NCBI GenBank assembly: GCA_951406725.2 | Contig: OX597815.1 | Coordinates: 23,312,001 to 23,376,000 of the forward strand | Origin: Octopus vulgaris | Lineage: Eukaryota | Direction of reading: 5' to 3' | DNA: 64,000 nt | Shown: positions 63,636-64,000 of the stretch, in pieces | How the letters are laid out: each line of letters opens with the position of its first letter | How positions within the stretch are numbered: the stretch's first letter is position 1 | The notes under the pieces: generated by a model | Seen by the model: the letters and a program-made list of their open reading frames with translations, nothing else | What the model was told of the DNA's origin: nothing | Databases searched by the model: none | Translations under genes and position numbers: made by a program

Positions 63636-64000
63636 GTAAGGAATTATTAGTTTTTCTCTTCATCTTTTTCTGATTGCTTGATAATTTGCGCAATATACCA
63701 CATGAAATATATCAGACATGTTCTCTGATATACTTACTCTCTAACTCTCTCTTTATCTATCTATCTTATCTATCTCTCTTTATATACATACTTACATTCG
63801 TACAACATACTATATATATATTATTGATCATGCATATGCAGTGTATGTGTTTTGTTTATGTGCCAAATTTGCTGCAAGATAGCATCTGGGAAAGCTCCCT
63901 ACACAATGTTGAGTGTCAGAGAACACCTGAATGGAATGTCACAGACCAGGTAAGACAACTTGCATCAGAATGAATCTGGGAGTGATAGATACTGATATTT

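Noticed and set aside
63674-63973. 99-aa ORF after the mucin-like exon
   Set aside because: It lies downstream of the splice donor in low-complexity intronic sequence.

Overview
AT-rich, microsatellite- and transposon-dense animal genomic DNA; the SINE, RTE and microsatellite complement points to an Octopus genome (inferred, not searched). Most of the window is decayed mobile elements: several tRNA-derived SINE families, RTE/CR1/R4 LINE fragments, mariner, pogo and MITE pieces, Helitrons, a Penelope-like GIY-YIG remnant and an internally deleted Ty3/Gypsy element. One likely host gene starts near the right end: a signal-peptide exon (59398-59451) splices in phase to a Ser/Thr-rich, mucin-like exon (63164-63635). 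Two things stand out. (1) A head-to-tail U6-U6 snRNA dimer is fused directly to the 30-nt 3' stem-loop of a CR1/L2-type LINE that also occurs in this window, and is inserted into a Helitron Rep remnant; both U6 copies carry A50>G. (2) Several short, mutually unrelated foldback elements in (TA)n tracts carry hammerhead-ribozyme cores (Penelope/retrozyme-like). All coordinates were read by eye, and the edges of decayed repeats are approximate.
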